Assembly: GCF_018350175.1 (NCBI RefSeq)
Contig: NC_058368.1
Coordinates: 118,670,001-118,734,000 of the forward strand
DNA length: 64,000 nt
Source: Felis catus
Lineage: Eukaryota
Direction of reading: 5' to 3'
The stretch's first letter is position 1. Each line of letters opens with the position of its first letter. Positions 39,078-51,268 of the stretch are shown here, in pieces. The translations under genes were made by a program, and so were the position numbers. Under the pieces are notes generated by a model that had not been told where the DNA came from, ran no database searches, and saw only the letters and a list, made by a program, of their open reading frames with translations.

Positions 39078-41352
39078 CAATGTGGCTTTAAAATGGCAGG
39101 TGCTGCTACTTCTATCATCACCACTACCTTGACCACCACCATAAACAATAGCAGCCGTCATTTATTAAGCCATTATTGCAGGCCAAGAGATTTATTCACC
39201 TAATCTTACTTAGCTTTAAAACTTAATGAGGTAGGTATTACTTCTTCTGTTTTACAGGTGAAAACATAGCTTAGAGATGCCATGTGACCTTCCTGCTGTC
39301 ATCCAGCTGGGAGTATCTATCTGATTCCAAGCACTGTGCTTTAGTGTCTCCTTTACCTTTTTTCCATATTTGTAAACTTGAGATAATATTTGTCTTCTCT
39401 ACCCCTAGAGTAGCACTTCTCAAATTGTAAGTCATGGTCCATTAGGGGGATGAGAAATTGCTTTCATTTTTTTTTTTAATAGTAAGTTAAGGAAAAAAAA
39501 GGATAGAAGAGAAAATATCAACATTCATCAGCCTTACTATTCCCCAACTTTTTGTTTCTGGTTTGTGTGTGTGTGTCTTGCTTTTATGTGTATATGTATG
39601 CATGTACTAATGAAAGGTTAAGTAAGAAAATGTTTTCCCTATCATGGGACATTGTCCGAAAGTTTGAGAGCTCCTGTGTTCTTCAGATACGAGGAAGGTT
39701 GAATAAACATAAGGAATAGTTGCAGAACTCCTTAGAAACTCTAAAACGTGCTACAAGTGTAAATTATCATCATTATTTAACACTGGAAGCTGAACCAAAG
39801 CACGGTGGGTAGGTGTTGCTGTGCTTTTACACCACCCATCCAGTCCATGGCACATAGTGCTAACCTGTCACCACACCGTGTCCGGTGGAGCCAGGGCTTA
39901 GGCTTGACACTCCTTGACACAGCATTCCAGGCCCCAAGATGGAAGCTATTTGCAAATGCAGCCCTAGGCTTATGCTTTCTTGGAATACATCAGGACCAGT
40001 CTGTGACTTAAAGCACTGCTTAGCACTTCCAGAGTCATGCTTCTCATTTAAACCACAGGAAACAGATGTGATCCCTATGACAGCATGGGGGGCACTGCAT
40101 TACAAGCCCCAAAGGGATTGACTTCTGTCTCCTCCCCTCATAACACTCCCCCACCACCATCCTCATCTGGAAATGATTTACCTCCTTCTGCATCTCAAAG
40201 AGCATCAGACCAATCCAGAGTCCCCACCCATTTCCCCTTAGACAAAGGTGGCAGGAGGCCCCTCTGCCAAGGCCATTTTCCTTGAAGCATGCTCTTTTCT
40301 CCTTAATTGCAATTCATGAGGGAAGTGCTGGGAACATGGGGTTCCAGCCCCTCAACAACTGCCCTAAAGGCATGTTCTTCAAGAGACTTACTGCTTTTCA
40401 GCTAATAACAGCAAACTCCATGGTCACAAAAGGACCTGGGTCTTGCTCAGGTTAAAATCACATGTGGAACTGTTTTTCTGCGACATTTAAAGGAAGCCTA
40501 TAGAACTGCCAATTCCTGGGGAAGGCACCACAGAAATGTCCACGTAGACCTAAGGATCTGAAAGGCACAAACTCCTGCAGTGGAATGTGCAATGCACAAG
40601 AAACTTTTATATATGGGTTTTAAGTCAAGACCCAACATGACGCTCTGGACTGTGTGAGGAAGAGGTCAAGCAGCCCAATTACCAACCCAGAAAGCAGCTC
40701 TCAGTGTTTTATAGACCTCACTAATGAATGAGTCCCATGGCCTCTGCTGGGCCAGGCTTCCCAGTGGTCTGCCAGCCTGCCTCCCACACATCTGTAAATT
40801 TGTCAAGCTATAATGGATGGCTGGTGCCAGCAGAGGCTGAGGTCTAGGCCTTTCTCCCCAGGATACATAGAGATCTCAAGCCATTAATTATTCATTCTAG
40901 TGTAATGAACATAGCCATACCAACTTGTGAACAGTAATAATCAAGTGACAGATAAATTTATTACTTCAGTATGCCAAAAGATAATGGTAGTTAGTCATGA
41001 AGGTTGCAGCTTCCCCCCCAAAAAAAGTTTTATAAGCCATAGATCAATGTGTTGTTCAAGTTTTAAAATAAAATGGATCACTAAAAAGGAAATGAATTAT
41101 GTTGGGTAGCCTCAAGCCTATTTATATTCAGAGTTGCTTATCTAGAGTTACTGTACCTTTCTTCCTAATGCCTTTGGGCATTGGGGCCTGCAAATTAGAG
41201 TAATTGTTATTCGTTAATTAAACCTAAGAAATGGAACACAGCTCCAGACTTTGGAAAGTGAGGTTGGGTTAGTTGAGATATAGTCCCCCTAAAAAGTCAT
41301 CAGTAATAGTTGGAGGTTTTCTGAGTAAGTAGCTGGATTGGGAACAGTTGTG

Positions 41353-41604
41353 TTTTTTTTTGTTTTTTTTTTTTGTTTTTTTTTTTTTAATTTTTTTTTT
41401 TCAACGTTTATTTATTTTGGGGACAGAGAGAGACAGAGTATGAACGGGGGAGGGGCAGAGAGAGAGGGAGACACAGAATCGGAAACAGGCTCCAGGCTCC
41501 GAGCCATCAGCCCAGAGCCTGACGCGGGGCTCGAACTCACGGACCGCGAGATCGTGACCTGGCTGAAGTCGGATGTTTAACCGACTGCGCCACCCAGGTG
41601 CCCC
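41353..41604 (-). mobile_element. Young felid SINE (SINEC_Fc-type) with long tail
   Basis: About 50-nt T-rich tail; TSD core gaacagttgt on both sides. Confidence 0.95.
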
Positions 41605-43743
41605 AGAGAACAGTTGTTTTATGTGTACCCAGAAACACCCCATTTAACATCTCATGAACGTTCGTTGGGCTTCTCCTGGGTACTGTGCTCAGTGCTAGCG
41701 TTACCAAGTAAAGTAAGTGCACAGTCTTGATCCTAAGGCAGCAGTAGAGACATTAATAACTTGTAATAAAGATAATACTTCTGCCTTGGTTGAGAGGAGG
41801 AGGAGGATTGGGGGAAGACCGGACAGAGACTGCAGAAAGGAAGGGGGAGCATTTGTGAAGTGCAAGAGAACATTCTAGGCAGAAGAGTGACAAAGGCAGA
41901 TAGGTATGAAAGTGGGAAGAGGATGGATAGTGAATTACTATAATAATAATCACTACGTTTCCCACATGTTACCATATTTAATTTCTACAGCCACCTCATG
42001 AAGTAGTTGTATTGTTTACCTCTCCCTCCCCAATCTTCAAAGATGAGCCCAAAGCTTAGACATTGAGTCACTTGTCCGCTGACCCAGAGCAAGCAGGCGG
42101 CAGAGAAGGGCTTAGAGGTGAGTTGGGGAAAGGTGTGTTACTTCACTAGAGTCTGGCCTTTACATTAAAGACATTGGAGCCCATCGAGGGCTTATAATCA
42201 TTATTATCAGAACAAGGGCAAAAGTGCTAACTAAACACTTTATGCACACTGGTTCACTGTGTTCTTTCCCAGTGAGGTGTGGAGCCACTGTAGTTGTCAG
42301 CAGAGGAATGACTTGATCAGGGTTGAGTTATAGACAGTAACTGGTGGTAGCAGTCAGAATAAACCTGACTGTGGAAATGCTAGTCAGGGATCCTGGCTAG
42401 GAGGCTGTTGCTTTAGTCAGAGGTAGTGCTGAGAAGCACGGTGGTTAAAAAAAAAAAAAAAATCATCATCCAAACCGTATGTTTTTATATTGGTCTACAA
42501 TTTAAAAGTACTTTGATACATAAATAGCTTGTTGACTCATTTGCACAAGGGACTTTTGTGGCAGGAGGGGTAAGTCTAATGGCTTTGTTCATTTGGGAGG
42601 GGGAAGAATAAGGGCATGGAATTCACTCCCTGCACCCAAGAGCCCATGTTGAAAGAAGTGATGTTACAAGCAGCTTGTAGATATGCATGCTTTTTGATTG
42701 AGGCACAGAACCGGAATCTTTGCCCTTGCCAGGTAAGAACTTGACCCTGAGCATTAATGCTTTCAGAAACATGATGTGTACCTGGGAAGTGTGTAAGTAA
42801 AATGGAGACACAACACTACAACTCAAAAAATGCAGACTATTTTTATGTGGACCAGAAACAGGCCAAGATACCAGTGGCCACTGCCCTTGCTTAACAGTCA
42901 GCAAGCAAATTCTCTTCGTATCTGGACCATTCCACGGTTACAAGTTTCACTGACCTAACAACCCTTCCTGCCCCTTTCAGCAGAGAAAGTTTTTATGAAA
43001 TTAGACTTTTAGCCCTGGAAAATTATAGAAAAGTACACATCTGCTGATAAAATTGGTTGACGTAGTAATTTCAGTGAAGGCTCAGTTTCACAACCAGCAC
43101 TGAAGGCAGTAGAACCTCTTCTTCTCCTACCAAATAGAAGTATTCAAGAGAAACAGTGCAGGCATTTATAGAATTGTGTGAAAAATACTCTGTATAAATA
43201 GCACTAAATGCTAGGGAGGTATGTCTGTGCAAACTACTATCTGTGACCAATTTCTCTCTAGTTGCTAGTAATGAATAGTTTCCTTTTTCTAACAGGTGAT
43301 TTAGCGAAGCCCCTAATATTTTCTTAACAGTACTAAATTGAGCCTAACTTTTAACTTATTTGTTGCCTGTAGATCATTTGCATATTTTTATACGCAAGGC
43401 CAGCAAATGAACAATTAAGTTTTATGGCTAGGTCATGGTGGCTGGGGTATGAAGATCAGATACATGTTTTGAGTAGTACTTATCCAAAACTAAGTATATG
43501 TATTTAGCAGATTACTCAGACCCAGCTACTGCTGACCCTGTGTGTTCTTAGACTTTGAGTATAAGTGACAATATAAACACAGCCATATACATGGATATAC
43601 ACAGTGGTGCATTTTTATTTCTGTTTGTGCTACATGTTTTGCTTAATGAAAGCCACATGTTTTATGTGATGGAGTTTAATACTTTGAGCCTAAAGTGCTG
43701 GACTTCGTAAGATCTATCCATTGTTTAAAATTAAGTCTGTTTG

Positions 43744-43985
43744 GGGGCACTTGGGTGGCTCAGTCGGTTGAGCATCTGACTTCTGCTCAGGTCATGATCT
43801 TGCAGTTCATGAGTTCAAGCCCCACATTGGGCTCTGTGCTGACAGCTCAGAGCCTGGAGCCTGCAAAGCCTTCTGTCTCTCTTGTGTCTTTGTCTCTGTC
43901 TCTCTTCTCTCTGCCACCTCCCCAACTAGTACTCTGTCTCTCTCTCCCTCTCAAAAATAAACATTAAAAATAAATAAAATAAAAT
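43744..43985 (+). mobile_element. Can-SINE
   Basis: ggggcacttgggtggctcagtcggttgagc...(CT)-rich, aataaa. Confidence 0.92.
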
Positions 43986-44127
43986 TAGGTTTCTCTTGTG
44001 CCTTGTTTGCAAATGTATGAAAGCCATCAAGAGTTTTTATATTTGCACTAGAGAAAATGCTAATGATCACCACAGGAGTTTAAGCAGCAGCGAAGTATAA
44101 AAGTCATAATTAAGAAAGTTTAGCAGT

Positions 44128-44358
44128 GGGGCGCCTGGGTGGCGCAGTCGGTTAAGCATCCGACTTCAGCCAGGTCACGATCTCGCGGTCCATGAGTTCA
44201 AGCCCCGCGTCAGGCTGTGGGCTGATGGCTCAGAGCCTGGAGCCTGTTTCCGATTCTGTGTCTCCCTCTCTCTCTGCCCCTCCCCCGTTCATGCTCTGTC
44301 TCTCTCTGTCCCCAAAATAAATAAAAACGTTGGGAAAAAAAATTAAAAAAAAAAAAGA
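44128..44358 (+). mobile_element. Young felid SINE (SINEC_Fc-type)
   Basis: Perfect 16-bp TSD aagaaagtttagcagt (44112-44127, 44359-44374). Confidence 0.95.
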
Positions 44359-44438
44359 AAGAAAGTTTAGCAGTTACCTGGATTTGCAGAGCAGGGATTC
44401 AGATGTGCAAAGTTTCACATTTTGGAGGGCAGCTGCTC

Positions 44439-44482
44439 TGGTTGGTTGGTTGGTTGGTTGGTTGGTTGGTTGGTTGGTTGGT
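44439..44482. repeat. (TGGT)11 tetranucleotide repeat
   Basis: Direct reading. Confidence 0.95.
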
Positions 44483-44737
44483 GTAGGCAAAACAGAAATG
44501 TGTAAAGGAATGTCATATCCTAAAAGAGCAAAGTAGCCTGAATACTGAAGATTTCTAAAACTCTGGGGGACAAAAATACAAGTAGAGAAGTCTCTCTTTG
44601 GACTTGATATCTGAAGATGTCCCAGGGTCTGGCTCCGGCCAGATGAGGAGTCTGAAGATAGGGGAAGGCACCGGGAAGTCACTATCTATTTGTACAGTCT
44701 TTATCTCATTTGTGCCTTTTCTTTTCCTTCCTCCCAG

Positions 44738-44897
44738 TGTCGCTAACAACCACAAGCAGAATCTGATGACAGTGGCAAACCTCGGCGTGGTGTTTGGACC
44801 CACCCTACTGCGTCCTCAGGAAGAAACAGTAGCAGCCATCATGGATATCAAGTTTCAGAACATTGTCATTGAGATCCTCATAGAAAATCATGAAAAG
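44738..44897 (+). CDS. ARHGAP26: Internal coding exon of ARHGAP26/GRAF1 (C-terminal part of RhoGAP domain; probably equivalent to human exon 18)
   Basis: Pyrimidine tract ...cttttcttttccttcctcccAG|T GTC GCT AAC...; translates [53 protein letters not shown] (RhoGAP N-x-M-x3-NL-x2-VFGPTL motif); donor AAG|GTAATA; 160 nt, phase 2 to phase 0. Confidence 0.97.
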
Positions 44898-45409
44898 GTA
44901 ATATACCATTGGTTACTGTGAGTGAAGAATTTACTTTGGGGGGACTTGAGTTGGAAATGGCATTCAAGGTAGTTGCAAGTTCCCATTGCTAATGACTTTT
45001 ACACCATGATGCTGATGAAGCTGCTAATAATGGTGGTGGTGTTAGTGACGGTCATCTTGTCATGGCAGCTTTGGCCAGATGGAGAGTAGGGCAACAGCAG
45101 TGGTTGTTATGGTAGCAGTTGTGATGGGCAGCACTGGTTGAGCCTTTTCTGTACCAGGAGCTATGCTAAGCACTTGATGTGGGTTGTCAATGTATGGTCA
45201 CAACAATCCAATGAAGAGGTACCCTTTTGACCCTCATTTACAAAATGCCCTTTACCCATTTTTTACTTGGTTGTCTTCTCATGAATTTCAGGTTTGTTTG
45301 TTGCTTGGTTGGTTTTAATACTAGGGAGAGTAAACTATTTTTATCTTGTAGTGCAGATGTTTTTCCTACTGTGTTTACGTTCCAGTTTTCTAAATGGTGT
45401 ATTTTTTCA

Positions 45410-45411
<2 letters not shown>

Positions 45412-45453
<42 letters not shown>
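45412..45453. repeat. (GT)21 microsatellite
   Basis: Direct reading. Confidence 0.95.
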
Positions 45454-45454
<1 letters not shown>

Positions 45455-45759
45455 GGAGGGGGAGTCTGTTTTCTTTTGGGGCATTGGGGTTTCTTGTCTT
45501 TCTTAAAAAGATGTCTCTCATCGTACATAATAAACTATGTCAACACAGAGCTATCCTTACAGAACTGGAGTGGGGCCATGAAGCTTCATTACATCTGCCC
45601 CATCTTAGTTCCCACTAGCAAATTCTTAAGAAGCTTCTCAGAATTCATAGGGTCTCCTAGAATACCATTTGAGAGCCACAGTGATGAGATATAATAAAAA
45701 ATAATTTTAAAAATGCTGCCCCTCCTAAATGAAAACTCTGCCTAGAATGGTGATCTAAT

Positions 45760-46520
45760 TGTGCTAGATAACCTGCAAAATAAATGTACAGTCAGACCAC
45801 TTCTCACCACTTGTCTGCACCTGATAACACTCTAACATAAGCCGTCATCATCTCTTGTCTCAATATTTACAAGAGCATCCTGATTTGTTCTCTTCTCCCA
45901 CCCTTGGCCCCTCTATTTTGATATTAGTCACCAGAGTGAGATTTTTTTTAAGTGCTAAGTCAGATCATAACAGTTGTCTGCTAAGCACTGTCCAGTGGCT
46001 TCCCACTTCACTTGGTGAAAGTCAGAGCCCTTACAAGAGCCTAGAAGGTCCCACACAGACTCTGCTCTTGCCTCTTTTACTTACCTCATCTCATCTACAG
46101 CCTTCTCCTTCAGTTCATTCCTATGGCCATCTTGACGGCCTTGCCTTTCGTTGCAAACATGCCCACCTCAAGGCCTTTGCAGTTGCTGTCCCAGTACTTG
46201 GACGAGTCTTCCTCCCTGTAACTTCATGGTATACTTTCTTACCTCTTTTAGGCCCTCTAAGTGAGGCCTGCCTAGATCTCTCTGTTTAGAATTGCCTACA
46301 GTCCCAACTCCAGCATTCCCCTTCCCGCAACTCCTGCTTTCTCTCTCTGTAGCACTTACCTCTTCCTAGCATGCTACATAGTTTACCTCCTCATTAAAAT
46401 TTTGCCTTTCTGACCTCCACTATAATGTATGCTTCATGCATGCAAGGACTTGGTTTTGTCCACTGCTTTGTCCCCAGGTCCTCATAGGCACTCAGTATAT
46501 TTGTGTTGGATGAATGAATG
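45760..46520 (+). mobile_element. L2 3' end relic
   Basis: ccagtggcttcccacttcacttgg...cctttgcagttgctgtccc...taggcactcagtatatttgtgttggatgaatgaat. Confidence 0.7.
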
Positions 46521-46526
46521 GGCTCT

Positions 46527-47020
46527 TGTGGTACCTGGCCTCCCTAATGGCTCCAAGTGACCCTTGCCTCCTGGTATTCACTGCCTTGTGTAGTCCCTTC
46601 ACTGCATAGGGGAACCCAGTATTGATCCCAATGTGATCAATTGGCTATTGCAAAAATAATGGAGTATGACTTTGGACACTGATCAAATAAGGCCTTGCAA
46701 CATTGCCCTTGGCTTGTGGACTTGCTCGCTTTGGGGAAAATAAGCCACCATGTTGTGAGGGCAGTCACACAACCCTGTGGGGAGAAAGTGAGACTTCCTG
46801 CCAACAAGCAGACCAATTTGGCCACCAAGTGAATGAGCTGCTTTGGATGTCACACTTTCAGATGATGCAGCCCCCACCGACATCTTGTGTGCAACCTCAT
46901 AGAAGACCACTGAGCTAAGCCTCTCCTGAATTCCTGACCCATAGAAACTGAGAGAGGTGCTAAATGTTTTAAGTCACCAGGTCTTTGAGGTAATTTGTTG
47001 TAGAGAGTTAAAATTAACTA
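46527..47020 (+). mobile_element. MLT1 (ERVL-MaLR) LTR relic
   Basis: tgtgg...atggctccaagtgacccttgcctcctggtattcac...ctgaattcctgacccatagaaactg...gtaatttgttg. Confidence 0.7.
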
Positions 47021-47298
47021 CCCAAGAACCTCTGAGGATAAACTTTCAAAAAGTAACAAATATCCTGCAAAGTTGTGTTGAGTAGCATGGCCTCTCTCTT
47101 ACATGGTTAATAGAGATAGGAAATCATATTATTTATTTGAAAAATTACGTTTTCTTTGTTGCCAACTTTGGACCATCATCCAGCCACCTCTCTCATATAT
47201 AGTCTAATTAGGTATAGGTTAAGTTTGTGTGATATATGATAAAAATGAACTTGCGAAAAGGGAATATAATTGAATAACAGTTAAAAATGGTTTCTAGA

Positions 47299-47483
47299 GG
47301 GGCACCTGGGTGGCTCAGTTGGTTGGTCGTTCGACTTTGGCTCAGGTTATGGTCTCGTATCCCGCGTCTGGCTCTGTGCTGACTGCTTGGAGCCTGGAGC
47401 TTGCTTGGGATTCTGTCTCCCTCTCTCTCTGCTCCGCCCATGCTTGCACTCTGTCTCTCTCTCAAAAATAAATAAACATTTAA
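47299..47483 (+). mobile_element. Can-SINE with internal deletion
   Basis: TSD aaaaatggtttctagag on both sides. Confidence 0.92.
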
Positions 47484-47574
47484 AAAAATGGTTTCTAGAG
47501 ATAAGACACTTGGATTCAAATCTGCCATCTCTTTCTACTTATTGAGTAGATTACTTAACCTCTCTATGCTCATG

Positions 47575-47990
47575 AAAGTACTTTCAGTACACTTTATCCG
47601 CTGCAACAAATAACCCCCGAATATCAGTGAATCAGGAAATAGAAGTTTATCTCTTGCTCACGTAATGGTTCACTGTAGGTATTCTGAGAGTGGCATCCTG
47701 TGTAGCAGTTAAGTAACGCATGTTCCTTCCTTCTAGTAGCTCTGCTTTCTGCTCTGCAGATCTCTGTAATCAACCAGTTGGTGAGGAAAATGAGAAAGCA
47801 TGGAACCCTGGGTTAAGAGTGCATGAACTAAGCCTCTAAGATGCTTTCCTTATTTTCTTCCACATTCCATTGGCCAGAAGTCAGTCACATGGTGACATCT
47901 AATTGCAAAGGAGGCTGGGAAAGTGACTGAACTGTGTACCCAGAGCAAGGGGAAGCAAGTTTGATGAGCCGCTAGCCAGTTTGCCATGTT
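47575..47990 (-). mobile_element. MLT1 LTR relic
   Basis: ccacattccattggccagaagtcagtcacatgg...aattgcaaaggaggctgggaa. Confidence 0.6.
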
Positions 47991-49544
47991 TCTTCAGTTG
48001 GATTGCTTCAGTGAGGCTTAAACAAGATGATACATAAAGGACTTAGCCAAGAATCTGGCATGAAGTAGGGCTCATTAATGGAAAACTATTGTTTTTAACA
48101 GTCTTAACAGAGTTCTCTGAAAATAGAGCTCAAGTCTACTTCTGAATGTCACATGTTCCCCTCTCCCAAAAATAATATTTTTTACAACTTAATCTTTTTG
48201 TGAATAAACGATTAAATGTTGAGACAGATATGTGAGGAATGAGCAGTTTGATTATATTCCATCTCCCCAAAGGGCAGTGTCTAATGATTTTTGAACTGTA
48301 ACTCTTTTTGGTATCTTTGGGCCTTCAAAGCCAGCAAGCATATTCAAAAGTCACAAGATATGGAAAAGGACCAGAAAGTGCTAAAACAATATTGAAACTT
48401 GTGTAAACAAGGAGCCATCCTGCCTAGGGCACAAAATACAGAAATAGAAATGAAATTTGAAGTGCATGGTCAGGCCTGTAAGTATATGGGCAAGAACTGG
48501 TTGAAAATACACATCTGGTTTGTTGGATTATAAATTATGTTTCTCTCTGCTGGTATTTGTTAAGGTACATACAGCATTAAGAGAGTATTACAGTGCTTCC
48601 TTATGTGCTCTCTTTCATTAGTCTATGCCAGAGAGTGGGATGAATCACAGTGAGGTTTTATGTTCCTGTGGGAGCCAGTGATGAAGGACTATGAATGAAA
48701 ACATTTCTGGGATGAAGGCTGCACCAGAGTGCCTGTCTCCAGTGGTGAGGGAGCTAACGTACCACCTTGATAGAGGACCCCTCGGGGGTCCATGATGGGC
48801 CAAAGTTTGCAAGACCTGGATATGTGCATAATTCTGGGGCGAAAGTCCTTCATATTCATTCATTAGGTTTGCCTTTTTGGTAAAAACAACTTAGAGTAAG
48901 TCAGCTGGATTACTTTTTAAATATACCTTTAGGGCTGGTTGGGTATAAAATAAGCACTTGTTAGATCCACCTAATAGGAATCCTAAGCATCCGTGGCCAT
49001 CCTTTGGCCCCTGGCTTTTTGGAGATGATGCTTTGGATTAATTTCCTCCAATTTGATGAACTTCAGTCATGAAATCCAGAGCACTTTTGTGTCCTCAGAT
49101 GAATATTGTCAGAGACTTGTTCTTTAAAATTTAAGCTATTAAGATCTTAGTTAATATTTAATGAGCATTCCCTTAGGCTTGACTGTAATTTTCTAGAAAC
49201 ATGCGCACATACACAAATGTCAATGAGTGACTACTTTTTTAACTAGCATCATGAGTAGGACAAAATTCTGAAACCCCACATGAAGAAATGCTTTCCAACA
49301 GCATCTTTCCATCCTGTCCTCCAGTAAGAAGCATGCAATAATATATGCCCTCTTGCTTGAAACAAATCTGAATACAGGTCTTAAATATATGGCCCCCACA
49401 ATTACTGGCATAATACTCCCTCATATTGTTACAAACATTTTGTAGAATGTATTTACTTGGTCCTTTGGAATAAAATTAGGAGGCACCCAATAATAGAAGA
49501 TGGTACCAAGAGAGGGTGTAGAAACCTAGGCATCTAGCCATTGG

Positions 49545-49617
<73 letters not shown>
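49545..49617. repeat. (AC)~36 microsatellite with one interruption
   Basis: Direct reading. Confidence 0.95.
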
Positions 49618-49619
<2 letters not shown>

Positions 49620-49637
49620 GTTGGGGGGGAGAGTCTT

Positions 49638-49852
49638 TTGTTTTTCTTTCTTTTTTTTTCAATATATGAAATTTATTGTCAAATTTGCTTCCATACAACA
49701 CCCAGTGCTCATCCCAAAAGGTGCCCTCCTCAATACCCATCACCCACCCCATCCCTCCCACCCCCCATCAACCCTCAGTTTCTTCTCGGTTTTAAGAGTC
49801 TCTTATGCTTTGGCTCTCTCCCACTCTAACCTCTTTTTTTTTTTTTCTTTCC
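49638..49852 (-). mobile_element. 5'-truncated recent felid L1 (3' UTR only, about 0.2 kb)
   Basis: tttttcaatatatgaaatttattgtcaaatttgcttccatacaacacccagtgctcatcccaaaaggtgccctcc resembles the antisense cat L1 3' end; TSD-like tggttgggggggagagtctt / tgggtgggggggggagaatctt. Confidence 0.85.
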
Positions 49853-49879
49853 TTGGGTGGGGGGGGGAGAATCTTAAGA

Positions 49880-50400
49880 TGCCTATTTCAATTATCTATT
49901 CCTGCATAAAAATCATCTCCAAACCTAGTTTCTTAAAATAGCAAGGATTTTTTTTTTTTTTTTTGCCCTCAATTCTGTGGGTCAGAAAATTTGAGGAGGG
50001 CTCCTGTGTGTCCCATATGGTATCTGCTGGAATGCTTTGACTGCAGCTGGATGATCCAAGAGGGCCTTAGTCCACACATCTGAAACCTTGGTACTAGTTG
50101 TCACTTGGATACCTTGATCCTCTTCCTGGGGGCCTCTGTCTCTCTGTCTCCATGTGATCCCTCATCAATTGGTAGTCTAGGGCAAACTATCAGGGGGGCA
50201 AACAGAGAAACCACAAGGCCTCCTAAGGCGTAGGCCTGGAATAGACAGAGTGTGGCTTCAGCCACATTCTGTTGGTTAAAGCAGGTCACCAGGCCAGCCA
50301 GATTGAAAGGGTGGGATATAGAACCCACCTCCGCTGGGAGAAGCACTGTGCTCATAGAGGTGAAGGAGCAGTTGTGGGCCGCCGTCTGTGCAGGGGTTCT
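49880..50400 (-). mobile_element. MLT1 LTR relic
   Basis: aattctgtgggtcagaaaatttgaggaggg...ccacattctgttggttaaagcaggtcaccaggccagcccagatt-like motifs. Confidence 0.6.
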
Positions 50401-51064
50401 GTCATAAGACCTCACCTCACATGCCTGGCAGGTTTGCGTGTAGTTTCTGTTGGAGAAGGCATTGCTTTCCTGTGAGAGTCTTGTCCTAAACACAGGCAGC
50501 TCCTCAGTATTTCTTATAGGAAGCACTCTTCTCCTTCTCCTCAGCATTGCCAATTTTTACAGAACCGGGGGACATTTGGTGATACTGACAAGTTAGTCCT
50601 CAAATACCCTTTGAAAGCCTCAGTGTGGGGAACTAACTCATCAATGTCTAAAACTGGAAAAACCTCTTTGTCATCAAAATTGACATTTAAAAGAGAGAGG
50701 AGGGGGAATGCTTGCTAGCCAGAAAATTCACTTTTACCTGACGAAACATCTTTTTTGAAGAGAAGGAAAAAGGCTCCTGTGTTTGAACTGGCTTAAGCAT
50801 ATGGCTAAAGCATATGGCCAGAAACTCTGTCCTTCACCTCCCCCTGCAGATCCAGCGAGGAGAGCACTGTTTGGAACCGTTGTAGGAAATAAATATCCCA
50901 CAGTAAGTGGAGGCAGAGAGGAAAAAGCCAGAAGATAGCAATTATGTTTGGGGACTCATGGGGATCATCCTTTTTCCATGTTTGGTAATACATACAGGTA
51001 TGTAGGTAATGGATTTTTGTAATGTGCATAGTCTAGAGGTAATATTGGCCACAATAGTTACCCT

Positions 51065-51268
51065 TTTTAAAAAAGTTTTTAATGCTCATTTATTTTTGAG
51101 ATAGTGTGAGCAGGGGAGGGCAGAGAGAGAGGGAGACAAAGAATCCAAGGTAGGCTCCAGGATCTGAGCTGTCAGCACAGGGCCCATCGTGGGGCTCGAA
51201 CCTACAAACCGAGATCATGACCTGAGCTGAAGTTGAATGCTTAACCGACGGAGCCACCCAGGCACCCC
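51065..51268 (-). mobile_element. Can-SINE
   Basis: TSD caatagtta on both sides. Confidence 0.92.

Larger units (their letters stand above)
1..44737 (+). other. ARHGAP26: 3' part of a very long (>44.7 kb) phase-2 intron of ARHGAP26
   Basis: No upstream RhoGAP-coding exon recognised in the window; ends at AG 44736-44737. Confidence 0.8.

Noticed and set aside
20667..41580. Recurrent ORF peptide MNGGGAEREGDTESETGSRLRAISPEPDAGLELTDREIVTWLKSD (20667 -, 21466 +, 41338 +) resembling a small gene family
   Set aside because: Antisense translation of young SINEC copies bounded by TSDs; not genes
44598..44737. N-terminal part of the 107-aa ORF 44598-44921
   Set aside because: Intronic read-through of the pyrimidine tract; only 44738-44897 is exonic by splice signals and homology
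6169..47483. tRNA-like A/B boxes (TGGCTCAGTCGG...GTTCGAGCCC) as tRNA genes
   Set aside because: They are heads of tRNA-derived SINEs followed by CT tracts and A tails
45855..50553. ORFs of 144 aa (45855 +) and 150 aa (50101 -)
   Set aside because: They lie in L2 and MLT1 relics; chance open frames
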